From: Squalus acanthias
Taxonomy: Eukaryota
Assembly (NCBI GenBank): GCA_030390025.1
Contig: CM059432.1
Location: 33,110,001 to 33,174,000, forward strand
Direction of reading: 5' to 3'
Length of the DNA stretch: 64,000 nucleotides
The notes under the pieces are model-generated. The model saw only the letters and a list, made by a program, of their open reading frames with translations, was not told the origin of the DNA and ran no database searches. Made by a program: the position numbers and the translations under genes. Every line of letters starts with the position of its first letter. Position 1 is the first letter of the stretch. Shown here one piece after another: positions 24,421 to 36,689 of this stretch.

Positions 24421-27187
24421 CCCTCTCCCCCCCGGCAGCCTCAATGGAGAGAAAGGCGCTGCAAAATAGGCACAGGTCTCAGCGTTTGTTTGTTTTTTAA
24501 ATTCGTTCTCACGATATGGGCATCACTGGCAAGAGTGGCTTGCTAGACCACTTCAGAGGGCTGTTAAGAGTTAACCACGTGGGCCAGACCCAGTAAGGAT
24601 GATGGGCTTCCTTCCCTAAAGGACATTAGTGAATCCGTTGGAATTTTACAACAACTGCGACAGCTTCATGGTCACTTTTACTGATACCAGCTTTTTATTT
24701 CCAGATTTGTTTCAACTGAATTCAAATTCTCAAACTTCCATGGTGGCATTTGAATTTGCGTTTTAGAATTACATAGAATGTAAGGCACAGAAACAGGCCA
24801 TTCGGCTCAACTAGCCCATGCCGTTGTTTATGCTCCACACGAGCCTCCTGCCATCCCTCTTCCTCTTACCCTAACAGCAGAGCCTACTATTGCTTTCTTC
24901 CTCATGTGTTTATCCAGATTCCCCTAAAGTGCATCTATGCTTTTCGCCTCAACTACTCTATGTGGTAACGAGTTCCACATTCTAACCACAGTCTGGGTAA
25001 AGAAGTTTCTCCTGCTTCCCTACTGGATTTATTGGTGACTATCTTATATTTATAGCCCCGAGTACTGGACTCTCTCAGAAGTAGAAACATTTTCCCTGTC
25101 TACCCTATCCAACTCCAAATCTTAAAGACCTCCATCAGGTCACGCTTCAGTCTTTTTTTGTCTAGAGGAAAGACCCCCAGCCCATTCAATCTTGCCTGAT
25201 AGTTATAACCACTCAGTCTCTGGATTACCTGTCCATTAACATAACGACCATACTACCATACCCTCTGTTGTTCACCTCCAGATCTCTGACACGAGATCTG
25301 TCATCGGCCAGCAGACCAATCAATGAGCTGCTTTTTCTCCAATGAGTACAAGGGTGAGCCACGGTCCACGTCTGGAAGGAACTGGAACTGCAACCTCATG
25401 AACGCACCTAGAGATCAGATGAGTTGCAGGTCCTTCAGGCCCTTAAGAACATAAGAAATAGGAGCAGGCATAGGATATACAGCCCCACGAGCCTGCTCCG
25501 TCATTTAAGAACATAAGAACTAGGAGCAGGAGTAGGCCATTCGGCCCTTCGAGCCTGCTCCGCCATTCAATTAGATCATGGCTGATCTTCTGCCTCAATT
25601 CCATTCACCGGCCCTATCGCCATATCCCTTGATGCCCTTACTAGTCAGAAATCTATCGACTTCTGTTTTGAATATACCCCACGACTGAGCCTCCACAGCC
25701 CTCTGGGGTAGAGAATTCCAAAGATTCACCACCCTCTGAAGAAATTTCTTCTCATGTCAGTCCTGAATGGTCTACCCTTTATCCTGAGGCTGTGGCCCCT
25801 GGTTCTAGACTCCCCAGCCAAGGGAAACATTCTCCCAGCATCCACCCTATCAAGCCCTGTAATAATTTTATATGCTTCAATGAGATCCCCTCTCATTCTT
25901 CTGAATTCAAGAGAATACAGGCCTAGCTTACTCAATCTCTTCTCATACGACAGTCCCGCCATCCCAGGAATCAATCTCACGAACCTTTGTTGCACTCCCT
26001 CTATGGCAAGTATATCCTTCCTTAGGTAAGGAAACCAAAATTGTACACAGTACTCCAGGTGTGGTCTCACCAAGGCCCTATATAATTGGAGTAAGACTTC
26101 TTTACTCCTGTACTCTCATCCTCTTGTAATGGAGGCCAGCATACCATTTGCCTTCCTAATGGCTTGCTGCACCTGCACATTCACTTTCAGTGACTCATGT
26201 ACAAGGACACCCAGGTCCCTTTTGAACATCTGCATTCCCCAATCTTTCACCATTTAGGAAATACTCTGCCTTTCTGTTTTTTCTACCAAAGTGGAGAACT
26301 TCACATTTATCCACATTATAATCCATCTGCCATGTTCTCGCCCACTCACTGACCCCGTCGAGATCCCCTTGAGGCCTCTTCACATCCTCTTTACAACTGA
26401 CACTGCCACCTAGCTTTGTATCATCAGCAAATTTGGAAATGTTGAATTTAGTCCCCTCATCCAAATCATTGATATAGATTGTGAATAGCTGGGGCCCAAG
26501 CACCTATCCTTGCGGTACCCCACTTGTCACAGCCTGCCATCCTGAAAAAGACCTGTTTATCCCTACTCTTTGTTTTCTGTCTGTTAACCAATTCTCAATC
26601 CATGCTATTATCTTACCCCCAATTCCATGTGCCCTAATTTTGTTCACCAACCTCTTGTGTGGGACCTTTATTGAAGGCCTACTGAAAATCCAGATACACC
26701 ACATCTACCGGTTCCCCTTTGTCTACTCCATTAGTTATATCCTCAAAGAACTCCAATAGGTTTGTCAAACAGGACTTCCTTTTCATAAATCCATGTTGAC
26801 TCTGCCCAATCTTACTATTAGTTTCTAAGGGGTAGAAATTAGGTCGCGCCCCATTTGGGGCGCAAATATCGTCCGCGCGCAAATATTAGCGCCTGGCGCT
26901 AATTATCGGCACTGACAGGAAACTTCACTTTTACCGCCCCGGGAGGTGAGTGGAGCGCTAAATTAGGCGCTGCACACCTCTCTCAAGGCGCAAAGGCCTA
27001 GGAGTGAGGCGCTAACTCAGCGCACGAGCGCAGCGCAGCTGCTGCCAGTTAGCGAGGGAACACAGACACACTGGCGCCGGACACTTCTTAAAGCGGGGGG
27101 GGGGCCACTTGCTCCCCAGCCACACCCTGCTCATTGCAGCCTTGAATCTCAGCCTGGAGAGACCTGTAATCCATTTTGCTGCCAAGC

Positions 27188-29293
27188 ATGGAGAGGGTGA
27201 GAGAACGCGCTCATCGCTTCACCGAGCGGGCCTTGGATGCTCTGGTTGACGCAGTGGAGCGCAGACGATGCATGCTGTTCCCAGAGAGTGGTAGGAGGCC
27301 TTTGCCACGCGAGTTCAGAAGAGTGTGGAGGGAGGTGGCTCAGAGCGTCTCCTCCAGGAGCATGGTGCCCAGGACCCATGTCCAGTGCCGCAAAAAGTTC
27401 AACGACCTCACTCGGGTCGTCAGGGTGAGTGGCTTTTTCTCAATACCTCTCCATCCCTCCATCTCAACCTCACTCTATGGCCAGAGGGTCTTAAAACCCC
27501 AATGCACAACACTCATGCAACACCTATGGCCCTTTCATCAAACACACACACACATTCCACACTTTGCATACAGTAAGGGCTATTCACCTATGGGAGGCAC
27601 ATCAGGCAAGACCATGGCTGCATACAGTAAGGGCTATTCACCTATGGGAGGCACATCAGGCAAGACCATGGCTGCATATTGTAAGGGCTATTCACCTATG
27701 GGAGGCACATCAGGCAAGACCATGGCTGCATATTGTAAGGGCTATTCACCTATGGGAGGCACATCAGGCAAGACCATGGCTGTATATTGACTCAGATGCT
27801 GTCCTTTTTCTTGCAGGCTAAGCTGGCTCATAATCGGAGACAGCAGCAACGGACGGGTGGAGGGCGGCTTCAGCTGCAACCCCTCAGCGATCTGGAGGAG
27901 CGCGTCCACAGGATTGTGGCAAGCCGGGTGATCGGTCCCGTCGCCACTGGAGACGCCGACCCCGTTGTGGACAGCAATGGTAAGGTCATCACCTTTTTGT
28001 CCTCTGTCCTTCCACTTGTCCCTCACAATACCAGCCTTTGACACTTTCAATCCAACTTGCTAACTCGCTGCACTTATTCCTCCCTTACTGCCACCCTGTC
28101 CTCACGCTAAAGCCACTCTTGTACCTCCCTGCTTTCAGATGGTGATTCACCAGCTGAGGAGATGGTCCCTGAGGCTGCCACTGGGAGTGATGCTGCAGCT
28201 GAGGAGGAAGAGGAAGCCGGAGCATCAGTGCCACCCTCTCCCGAGGAAGCCCATGGCCACACTGGGAACACGCCTTCCCCGGAGGGGAGCAGGGGGGAAG
28301 GGGCTGATGATGGTGAAGTTCCAGGACCCAGCGGGCTGCAGCAACGCCATGGGGGGGGGAGGGAAGAACGGGGGAGCAGGGGGGAAGGGGCTGATGATGG
28401 TGAAGTTCCAGGACCCAGCGGGCTGCAGCAACGCCATGGGGGGGGGGAGGGAAGAACGGGGGAGCAGGGGGGAAGGGGCTGATGATGGTGAAGTTCCAGG
28501 ACCCAGCGGGCTGCAGCAACGCCATGGGGGGGGGAGGGAAGAACGGGAGTCTTCTCCCCAGAGGGAGAGTATGCCAGACACTCCTAATGCAATGGACGCA
28601 GAGGAGGAGCGGCTGATTGCAGAAATGAACAGCCAGGCGGTGGTCATGCACACTGAGCTCATGGGTGCAGTGGGAAGGGTGCCCGAATGCATTGAGGCAC
28701 TGGCAAGGAGTGTGGAGCACTTCGCTGTAGCACAGGCGGATGCCACACTAAAGCTTACTGCTGCAATTCAGTCACTGGCTGCCAGGAACCCATCTGAGCC
28801 TGCTCTCATGCAGACTCAGATTGAGGCCACGCGAGCACTGACTGCTGCCATCCTCGATGGTTCGTGCACATGTCCCCGGGGCTGTCACCGCGCCGCAGCA
28901 GGCCAGCAATCTGTTCTCAGGCAAATTGCTCCGGATGCTGAAGTGCTGCCCCGTGGGAGTGCCAGTGTGTCGGGCGAGCAGGGAGTTGCTGTCCTCTCTC
29001 ACGATGACAGCATTCCTGCTGCCAACACTGTCACTTCTCCACTGCACTTGCCACCGCCTGTAGGACAGACTGCTGCCGCCCATGCAGAGTTGGTGCAGTC
29101 TGCAGCCGGGCCCTCCAGGCCCAGAAGTGGTCGAGGCCGTCCTTCAGGGGCATCTGCAGTGTCAGGGTCTGACAAGCAGCAGCCTTCCACCAGCCTTGCT
29201 GCAGCCACTGAGGTCCCATTACGGAGGAGCAGTAGGGTTAGAAGGGGGGAAGTGCGCAAGGGAAGGAGATCACCCTCGAAGGGCAAAAAGTAG
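27188..29293 (+). CDS. Harbinger B Myb/SANT-like DNA-binding protein, exons 27188-27424, 27817-27979, 28139-29293 (one +1 G in a homopolymer)
   Basis: RAHRFTERALDALVDAVE...WREVAQSVSS...RTHVQCRKKFNDL; canonical gtgagt/ttgcag and gtaagg/tttcag junctions with matching phases; basic NLS-like C-terminus RKGRRSPSKGKK. Confidence 0.85.
27565..27785. repeat. 54-bp tandem repeat x4 in intron 1 of the Myb-like gene
   Basis: Unit tgcatacagtaagggctattcacctatgggaggcacatcaggcaagaccatggc; single unit in the other copy near 7108-7161. Confidence 0.93.
28284..28547. repeat. 87-bp coding tandem repeat x3 in exon 3
   Basis: Unit encodes GSRGEGADDGEVPGPSGLQQRHGGGREER; G-runs are 9, 10 and 9 nt. Confidence 0.93.
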
Positions 29294-29587
29294 GAGGTGT
29301 GCCAAAATTCTGGTCATTTTTTTATTAAAGGCTGAGGTTCATGGCCCAACTTTTGTTTAGTGTTTTGGACATTATCTCCAGGTTGTGAGAACCAGTTATG
29401 TTATTGACTGTTTTTTTGTGTTTATTTCTATGAGTTTGTCATGAGGAATTGACACACACAGAGTTTGTACAATAAATAAGTTTCTGTATTCAAAATATAC
29501 ATGGCTGGTGGTTAGAATTATTGGTGCCTTGGCCGGCTTAGGGGTTGCGTGCTGGGTTGATTCGTGTTTGTAGCACTGGCAGGGGCC

Positions 29588-30748
29588 CTAGAAGCGGCTT
29601 GCTATTAGTCGTTGACGGACGGCCCTTGCAGTTTGACCATTGTGGGCCGCCCTCCTGCCTTGGTGCTGCTGCTGATCATCGTCCTCGGCCTGTTCCTCCT
29701 CTTCCTCCTCCTCCTCTTGTGGTGCTGCAAGGCCTGGTGGCATTGGCTGCGTCCTGAGGATTGCCATGTTGTGCAACATGCAGCACACCACTACGAATTT
29801 GGAAACTTGCTCAGGCGAGTACTGCAGGGCTCCTCCGGAATGGTCCAGACAGCGGAATCGTTGTTTGAGCACGCCGATTGTGCGCTCAATAATGTTCCTC
29901 GTTGCTTGTTGGCTTTCCTGGTACCGCAGCTCAGCAGGGGTGTTTGGCGCACGGAGCGGTGTCATCAGCCAGGTGCTCAATGCGTACCCCTTGTCCCCCA
30001 GAAGCCAACCAACTGGCTGATGCGGTGCCTCGAAAATTTCTGCCACAGTACTCTGGCGCAGGATGAAAGCATCGTGGCAGCTGCCCGGATAGTGGGCATT
30101 GACAGCGAGAATCACCTGTCTGTGGTCACAGACCAACTGCACATTCAAGGAATGGAACCCCTTTCTGTTCCGGAACTCCTCTGCATTCTCTCGCGGAGCA
30201 CGCAAAGCCACATGCGTGCAGTCAATGGCGCCCTGCACCATGGGGAAGCCCGCTACCCTCGCAAAGCCCATAGCACGGTCATGCTGCTTGTCTGGGGTCA
30301 TAGGGAAGGAGATGAAGTCTCGTCTCCTTGTGAAGAGGGCATTGGTGACCTGCCGGATGCAGCGATGCACCGCAAACTGGGAGATATTGGCGAGGTCCCC
30401 AACAGCAGCTTGGAATGAGCCAGTGGCGTAGAAGTTCAAGGCCACTGTGACCTTCACTGCCACCGACAGAGACGTCCTGGACCTCAGCTGAGGCTGCAGA
30501 TCTGGCTGCAGCAGGTGGCAGAGCTCAGTGACCACCTCCTTGCTGAATCGCAGCCTTCGCAAACACAGCTCCTCGGACATGTGGATGTAGGAGAGCTGTT
30601 CACGATATACCCTGGGAGGGTAAGCTCTCCTGTACATGCGCCTGATGGGCCTCCTCCGTCTGGCCATCATTGCCACTCTCTGTCTGCGTCTCACTCTGCT
30701 CCGATTGAGCTGGAGCAGGACGACGCCCCCAATCATTGCAGCCCCCAT
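29588..30748 (-). CDS. Intact Harbinger DDE transposase, 386 aa
   Basis: Uninterrupted ORF with GAIDCTHV (D), LLGDKGY (D), RNIIERTIG (E), CCMLHN. Confidence 0.95.
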   Translation of the reverse strand: MGAAMIGGVVLLQLNRSRVRRRQRVAMMARRRRPIRRMYRRAYPPRVYREQLSYIHMSEELCLRRLRFSKEVVTELCHLLQPDLQPQLRSRTSLSVAVKVTVALNFYATGSFQAAVGDLANISQFAVHRCIRQVTNALFTRRRDFISFPMTPDKQHDRAMGFARVAGFPMVQGAIDCTHVALRAPRENAEEFRNRKGFHSLNVQLVCDHRQVILAVNAHYPGSCHDAFILRQSTVAEIFEAPHQPVGWLLGDKGYALSTWLMTPLRAPNTPAELRYQESQQATRNIIERTIGVLKQRFRCLDHSGGALQYSPEQVSKFVVVCCMLHNMAILRTQPMPPGLAAPQEEEEEEEEQAEDDDQQQHQGRRAAHNGQTARAVRQRLIASRF

Positions 30749-32006
30749 CTTCTCTTTGCCAGAAAAGTAATGAGGTACAGCAACGAAAGTAGCAGCAAAG
30801 TTAGGATGAACTAGGCAAAACTACCTCACAAAGCGTTGAGTCAATGTAGAAGTCTCTCTCTCTCTCTCTCTCCGAATCTCTCTCTCTCTCTCAGAACGAG
30901 TGGTGCATAAATGTCGACCACAGAAAAAGACAGGAAGAGGCCCCCTTTAAATAGCGCCCCCCCCAGCCCCAGACCGATTGATAACGTTCCAGTCTTCCGG
31001 TCGTTGGAAGCGCCAGGCGGTAAGGCAGGGGGCGCCACTCAATTTCCGCTCCGGGGCGCCCCAAGAGCGTTGCACCACGGACTGACGTCACAATCTGCGC
31101 GCGCAGGTGGTCGCAGCGGTAAGTTTTAGCGCCACCGCACAATCTCAAGTTAAGTTCTCGAGCGGCGCAAACAGCGCTGCGCCCGGGCGTTCGCGCCTTA
31201 ACGCCCCATTAGCGCCCATTTAAGGCGCTAACGGGAGGCGCAACCAACTGAATTTTTACCCCTAAGTGTCCAGTTATTGCTTCCTTTTATAATAGATTTC
31301 TGCATTTTCCCAACTACTGATGTGAGGCTAACAGGTCTGTAGTTCCCCGTTTTCTCTCTCCCTCCTTTCCTAAATAGCGGGGTTACATTTGCTATCCTCC
31401 AATCTGCAGGAACCATTCCAGAATCTATAGAATTTTGGAAGATGACAACCAATGCGTCCACTATCCCAATGGCCACCTCTTTCAAAACCCTAGGATGTAG
31501 GTCATCCGGTCCTTGGGATTTATCAACTTTTAGTCCCATTAATTTTGCTAGTACTGGGTTTTTTTTGCTAATCATTTCTTTAAGTTCCTCATTCTCGCCA
31601 CACCCTTGGTTTTCTCATATTTCTTGGAGGTTTTTTGTGTCTTCCTCCGTGAAGACAGAAGCAAAGTATTTATTTAATTTCTCTGCCATTTCCTCATTCC
31701 CCATTATAATTTCTCCCGTCTCTGACTGTAAAGGACCTACATTTACCTTTGCCAGTCTTTTCCTTTTCACATACCGATAGAAGCTTTTACAATCCGTTTT
31801 TATATTTTTCGCTAGTTTGTGCTCGTATTCCCTTTTCCCTTTATCAATTTCTTGGTCCCCCTTTGCTGATTTCTAAAAAGATCCCAATCTTCAGGCTGAC
31901 TGCTTTTTCTGGCAACTTGTCCCTAAAGGCCCCTTTACCACAAGATTATTGATTAGCCTTTCTCATTACACAGTACCAGATCCAAAATAGCCTGTTCCCT
32001 GGTTGG

Positions 32007-32784
32007 TGTAGGATAGGGTGTATTTGTATGATTTAGTAAAACATTTTTGTATAACTATAATAGCCTGTATAAAATAGCGAATGGCTGAGAAAAAAAGCAG
32101 GATGGGAAATTGTGCTAACCTGACTGAAACTCGCTCTGTTTGCAATTACTGAAGTAATGGAATGTAATGCTAAGTTTATGGAGACTATCAGGGAGGTGGT
32201 ATTCAGTAATGTGATAGAAAAGAGATAAGAGTTGGAGAAGAGAGAGAGATAAGAGAAGCACCACTTAGTGATACTACTATAAACTGGACAAATTGTTTAG
32301 ACAACATCTTGGGAAATGGTCTTTGGAAAGAGAATATCTAAAGTTAAAAGGGCCCTTTGATATGCACAAAGCGAGTCCGAGTGGGATCAACAAGGTCGTA
32401 AAACATGTACCAGGTGTCGGATAGCTGTTTGCAGTCACGTAGGAAGAGGGAAAAAGGTGTATAAAGATACGGATTTTGAACACTGAAGGCAGCGTGAACC
32501 AGAGTTGAAGAAGCTTCAGTCGACAGAACACAGCAAGAAACCAGAGAAGCGAGCTTCAGTCAAGAGAAAACAGCAAGAGAAGAAAGAGACCGCGCCACAG
32601 TCGCTCGGAAGGAACGCCGAGGCTCAAACAAACAAGACTGTGACTATCTCCTTGTTAAGTATTACTTCTTTGTACTGGATGTTTAATGCTTAATAAACCT
32701 GTTTTACTGATACACAATATACCTGTAGCCAGAGTGGTTTGTGTAGTCACGGACAAATTATTATAAGAGCTTTTGGAAGCTACA
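32007..32784 (+). mobile_element. 5' LTR of an ERV/LTR element whose internal region is truncated
   Basis: Inverted termini TGTAG...CTACA, TATAAA near 32460, AATAAA near 32693, PBS immediately downstream; interrupts CR1. Confidence 0.8.
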
Positions 32785-32787
32785 ATT

Positions 32788-32804
32788 TGGCGTCCAACAT
32801 GAGG
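32788..32804 (+). promoter_or_regulatory. Primer-binding site resembling tRNA-Lys(CUU) PBS
   Basis: TGGCGTCCAACATGAGG versus canonical TGGCGCCCAACGTGGGG (3 transitions), 3 nt after the LTR end. Confidence 0.75.
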
Positions 32805-34199
32805 TTGTGACTATTAACTGAAACCAGGTCCTGCTTTTTAATTTATTTCCTAGCTCCCTATATTCTGCTTGCAGGACCTCCGTCTCTCTTTCTACCTATG
32901 TCGTTGGTACCGATATGGACCACGACTGTTCGCCCTCACCCTTCAGAATGTCCTGCAGCCACTCAGTGACATCCTTGACCCTGGCACCAGGGAGGCAACA
33001 TACCATCGAGTCACGTCTGCGGCCACAGAAACGCCTATCTGTTCCCCTTACGATAGAATCCCCTATCACTATTGCTCTCCCACTCTCTTTCTTCCCCTCC
33101 TGTGCAGCTGAGCCACTCGTAGTGCCACGGACTTGGCTCTTGCTGCATTCCCCTGAGAAACCATCTCCCCCAGCAGTATCCAAAACAGGAAATCTGTCAG
33201 AGAGGGAGATGGACCCAGGGGACTCCTGCACTACCTTCCTAGTTCTTTTACTCTGTCTGGTGGTCGCCCATTCCCTTTCTGCCTGTGCACTCTTTACCAG
33301 CGGTGTGACCACCTCGTTAAACATGCTATCCACATAGATCTCAGCATCGCGGATGCTCCAGTGACTCCAGCCGCAGTTCCAGCTCCAAAATGCGGATTTC
33401 GAGTAGCTGCAGCTGGAGACACGTCCTGCACACGTGTTCGCCCTGGACACTGACTTCCCACATAGCACAGGAGGAGCACTCCACGCTGCCGAGCTGCCCT
33501 GCCATGTCCTACCTACCCTAAATTTACTCCCTTTACTTCCTCTAAATTAGGAATATTAAATACACTAGGGGCCTTACTTCATTTTACACACTACTTACTC
33601 TAAACTAGAGACCTTACTTTTACTTTAATGACTAGACTGTAGAAATACTCACCAGGTCTTACCAATCAGCTCCTTCCCTGGTTGTGACGTCACTTTAGCG
33701 GTTTTGCAGTTGTTGTTTGACTGCTCCTGCTCTCAGACTCTTTCCTGGGTGTAAAGTAAGAACCAATTCCTACAGGGTGAAAAGTTAGGGAAAGCAAAGG
33801 CGAAGCAAGTGAGCTCCTCCTTCCACTTCACACCCACCTAACTCCCTCACTCACCCAACTCCCAGCACTCTGTTCAAACTGCACTCCGAAGCCTATTTTT
33901 ATAGGCCCTTAAACAAGGGAAGTTTCCCTAATTAACTGCCTTCAGCGGCTCTGAATTATCCTCTGCCTTCGTGGGGGCTGCCGACTCCTTTCAGGTCCGC
34001 TGTCCTCGGCCTCCCGCGCTCTTTATCCTCTGCCTTCTCCGGGGCTGCCGACTCCTTTCAGATCCCTGAAGATCAGCCATAATTTAAGATTATGGCTGAT
34101 CTTCTACCTCAACCCCACTTGCCCACCCTATTCCCATATCCCTTAATTACCTTTGTGCTCTTCCTCATATGCCTGCCGCAAGGCTGGATTTTTGGTGAT

Positions 34200-35650
34200 G
34201 ATGAGATTCCAGATCACGCACCTTCTTCTCCAACTACTTGATCTTAGAATTTTGCCACTTGGTTGACATTGCACGTTGATCAGACCCAGGGCTCCCGTTA
34301 GCTCTGAGGTGTCCCCTACCCATAGCTATGCTGGCCCTATTATCTGTATTGCTGAGGCTATCATGAGTGTCCTTTTTGCAAGGTAGCCGTCTGCCTTGAG
34401 GTTAACAATCATCATTGCAGAGTTCTCAGTCCTGCGAACATCTGTTTTCTTTGCTTCCTAGTTAGAAGACAATGGCTAATTTTGTGCTCGGCTGCAGCTT
34501 GCACGAGCTGGAACAATAGGTTGCGTTAGCCAGCTCGACAAGGTCAGAATGCAGTCGTCAGCTCTTAGATAATGGCTGAACACATCAGGCTTACAGTTTT
34601 GTTTTGCCATGTGCTCTTCCATTAACCATTGGGACTTACATGGCTTCATTCTGTGTGTGGTTTTAAATAGACCCTCAATACTTGATTGCCGATTGCCTAT
34701 TTAGTAGGGTTGCCCAGTCGACCTTTGCCAGATCTTCAGCCATTTTTGGAAAGTGAGCCCCATTAAAATCTGGGACCAGCCTTAGATTGGCTAATAAGAT
34801 TAAACCTAATTGATGATATGATCAGAGCTGGTCAGATCAGCTCCCCCACATGGAGGTTGGATACAGCACGAGGATCACTGCTAAAAACAGATCTAGAATG
34901 TGTTTATTCCTAGTTGCCTTACCAACAGGTTGAGTCCGATGATTCTTCTGTTCCTGCAGAACTCGGTAGCACTGATAGCAGGCCTTTGCTTCCTTGTCCT
35001 TCAGTGCATAAATCAAATTCCTGTATTTGTCCTGCAAGAGAAAGGACTTTTTAATCCATCACACCATTAGTTCCTACAAGTAATGGCACTGGTTCCATCC
35101 TTTCATGAGATCATCCACTCCTTCATGTAGATCCTTAACTTAGGCTCCGAGAAAACACACAACTGCTCAAGACAAAGGCTCTTCACCACGTGGTGTTAGT
35201 ATGTTTAACAATAGAGTCCCCGCTGTCTTACCAGTCTGTCTTTCTTTGGCTTTACCTTGCTTGGTTTTCTTTTGGTGGTAACGTGGGCAGTGCTGACGGG
35301 TGTGAGTGCAGTGATGCTGTCGCCTGTATCTGAATTTGTCTCTTCCTGTGTGAGAGCTGCAGACCTGTTCTCCGTTGCAAAAGTGCGATCCAGAGTACAG
35401 AAAGAAGTGGAGTCAAGTGGAGAAACGGCCATGCCAGTTGTCTGATTTAAGGAAGTCATCAAAATTCACCAGCTATTTCAGGTCTTCAGCTTGTTTCTAG
35501 TTGTGGATCTCCTATCTAAAGGACTCAAACTCTACACATTTGGAGCACGTGAAGGAACCATAGTGCCTAATGTCAACTCCCTCCCTCCCCAAATGTTACA
35601 CGTCACACTGGAGATGCTGCAGGTGGCTATGTTTGTGTCCTGTGTGTGGG
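34200..35650 (-). mobile_element. Ancient, highly degraded CR1/L2-like LINE
   Basis: Residual esterase-like VVCFLGA*VKDL...LVGTNG and endonuclease-like ATRNKHILDLFL motifs, with many stops and deletions. Confidence 0.5.
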
Positions 35651-36689
35651 AAAAGGAGAACACACACATCTGCAATGGTATAAGCAGATACTAAAGTAAA
35701 ATTCAAAGGAACCCTCTGAAGACTTTGTGCGAGACCACAGCAAAGTGAGAATGAGAAGTCCGTAGCTTTGGGAGTTGCGAATAAGGGAGTTGGAACAGTT
35801 TCTTGTGCTGTACCCTGTAGAATATCATTGTCACTTCCTGCCACTGCAACATAAATGATGTGCATGCCCCCACCCCCACCCCCACCCCCACCCCAGTACA
35901 TCTGGTGACTCCTGTAAGTGGTGCGAGGATCCTGTATTCAGGAGAGTGCTCTATTATGGCAAGTTATACGACAGTACAACCCAGGTATCTAATAATAGAA
36001 CCACCTTGTGATCTGAACTGGATATTGTCTCTTGCAGGTTTCCTATGTATGCTGCTCCCATCTTTTCAGTGGAGGATTGAGAAACATTTGGTGAGATGAG
36101 GCCGGGTACGAACTGTTGATTTAAAAATAAAATGAACATACAGAATAACCGTCAAAGGAAATCTCACTTAATTCGATCTCGCTTCTCTCCTCAAAAACAT
36201 GAACAAATATTAACCACGTGTATTGCCCCTTTTTTGTGGGCAGGCTTTCGAATTGCTTCTAACTGCAAAAACCAGAAGCACTTGATGTGGCAATACCGGG
36301 CTGCTTTTATTTCCAGACCCTCCAGAACATTCCATCAAGGAATAACCAAGTAACACGAGCAGAGTGTAATTGCTGCAGTGTTCTTAACTCCCAGCAGTGG
36401 GCCATCTAGTGTTCACTTAATTTGTATGTAAGTACCATACAAAACACAGCTGATCTGCAGTTTTACCTTTCGGCTTGGGGTGAAGGCCTGTGTCTCTCCG
36501 ATCTCTGCTCAAAACTGGTTCCCTTGAGCCTTTTCTCTGTTTCTTACCTACTTCCCAGGCAGAGATTCACCAGCAGGCCTGTCAACTTCCCCCCTCTCCA
36601 GGGTCATTATTTAAAAATTCATTCTCTGGATGTGGGCATCGCTGCCAGTGCCAGCATTTATCGCCAATGTTTCTCCCCCACCCCCGTCC

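Larger units (their letters stand above)
26829..31262. mobile_element. Full-length, essentially intact PIF/Harbinger transposon (family B)
   Basis: TIRs GGGGTAGAAATT and AATTTTTACCCC (11/12), TSD TAA; CR1 rejoins across it; convergent Myb-like gene and transposase. Confidence 0.96.
25445..34065 (-). mobile_element. Near full-length CR1 LINE (5' UTR, ORF1 esterase, partly deleted ORF2, 3' tail) interrupted by Harbinger B and an LTR
   Basis: ORF1 AIVIGDSIVRGTDRRFCG...CCLPGARVKDV (SGNH-like) at about 32830-33505; RT NYRPVSLTSVVGK, YLDFQ, GVPQG, FADDTKL, VRPHLEYCVQFW; tail ttcttatgttctt. Confidence 0.88.

Noticed and set aside
27565..27785. Regular repeats that could resemble a CRISPR array
   Set aside because: Head-to-tail tandem units with no unique spacers, inside a eukaryotic transposon intron
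28139..28450. N-terminal part of the 384-aa ORF (MVIHQLRRW...)
   Set aside because: Wrong frame; splice phase and the homologous copy show the real frame is GDSPAEEMVPE..., which joins this ORF only after the +1 G
35205..35462. 85-aa Thr/Ser-rich ORF as a host gene
   Set aside because: Lies directly upstream of degraded esterase-like motifs, so it is best explained as decayed LINE ORF1
36038..36096. Potential small plus-strand host exon (ttgcag...gtgaga)
   Set aside because: Splice-like signals only; no recognisable peptide or neighbouring exons, so it cannot be supported without RNA data
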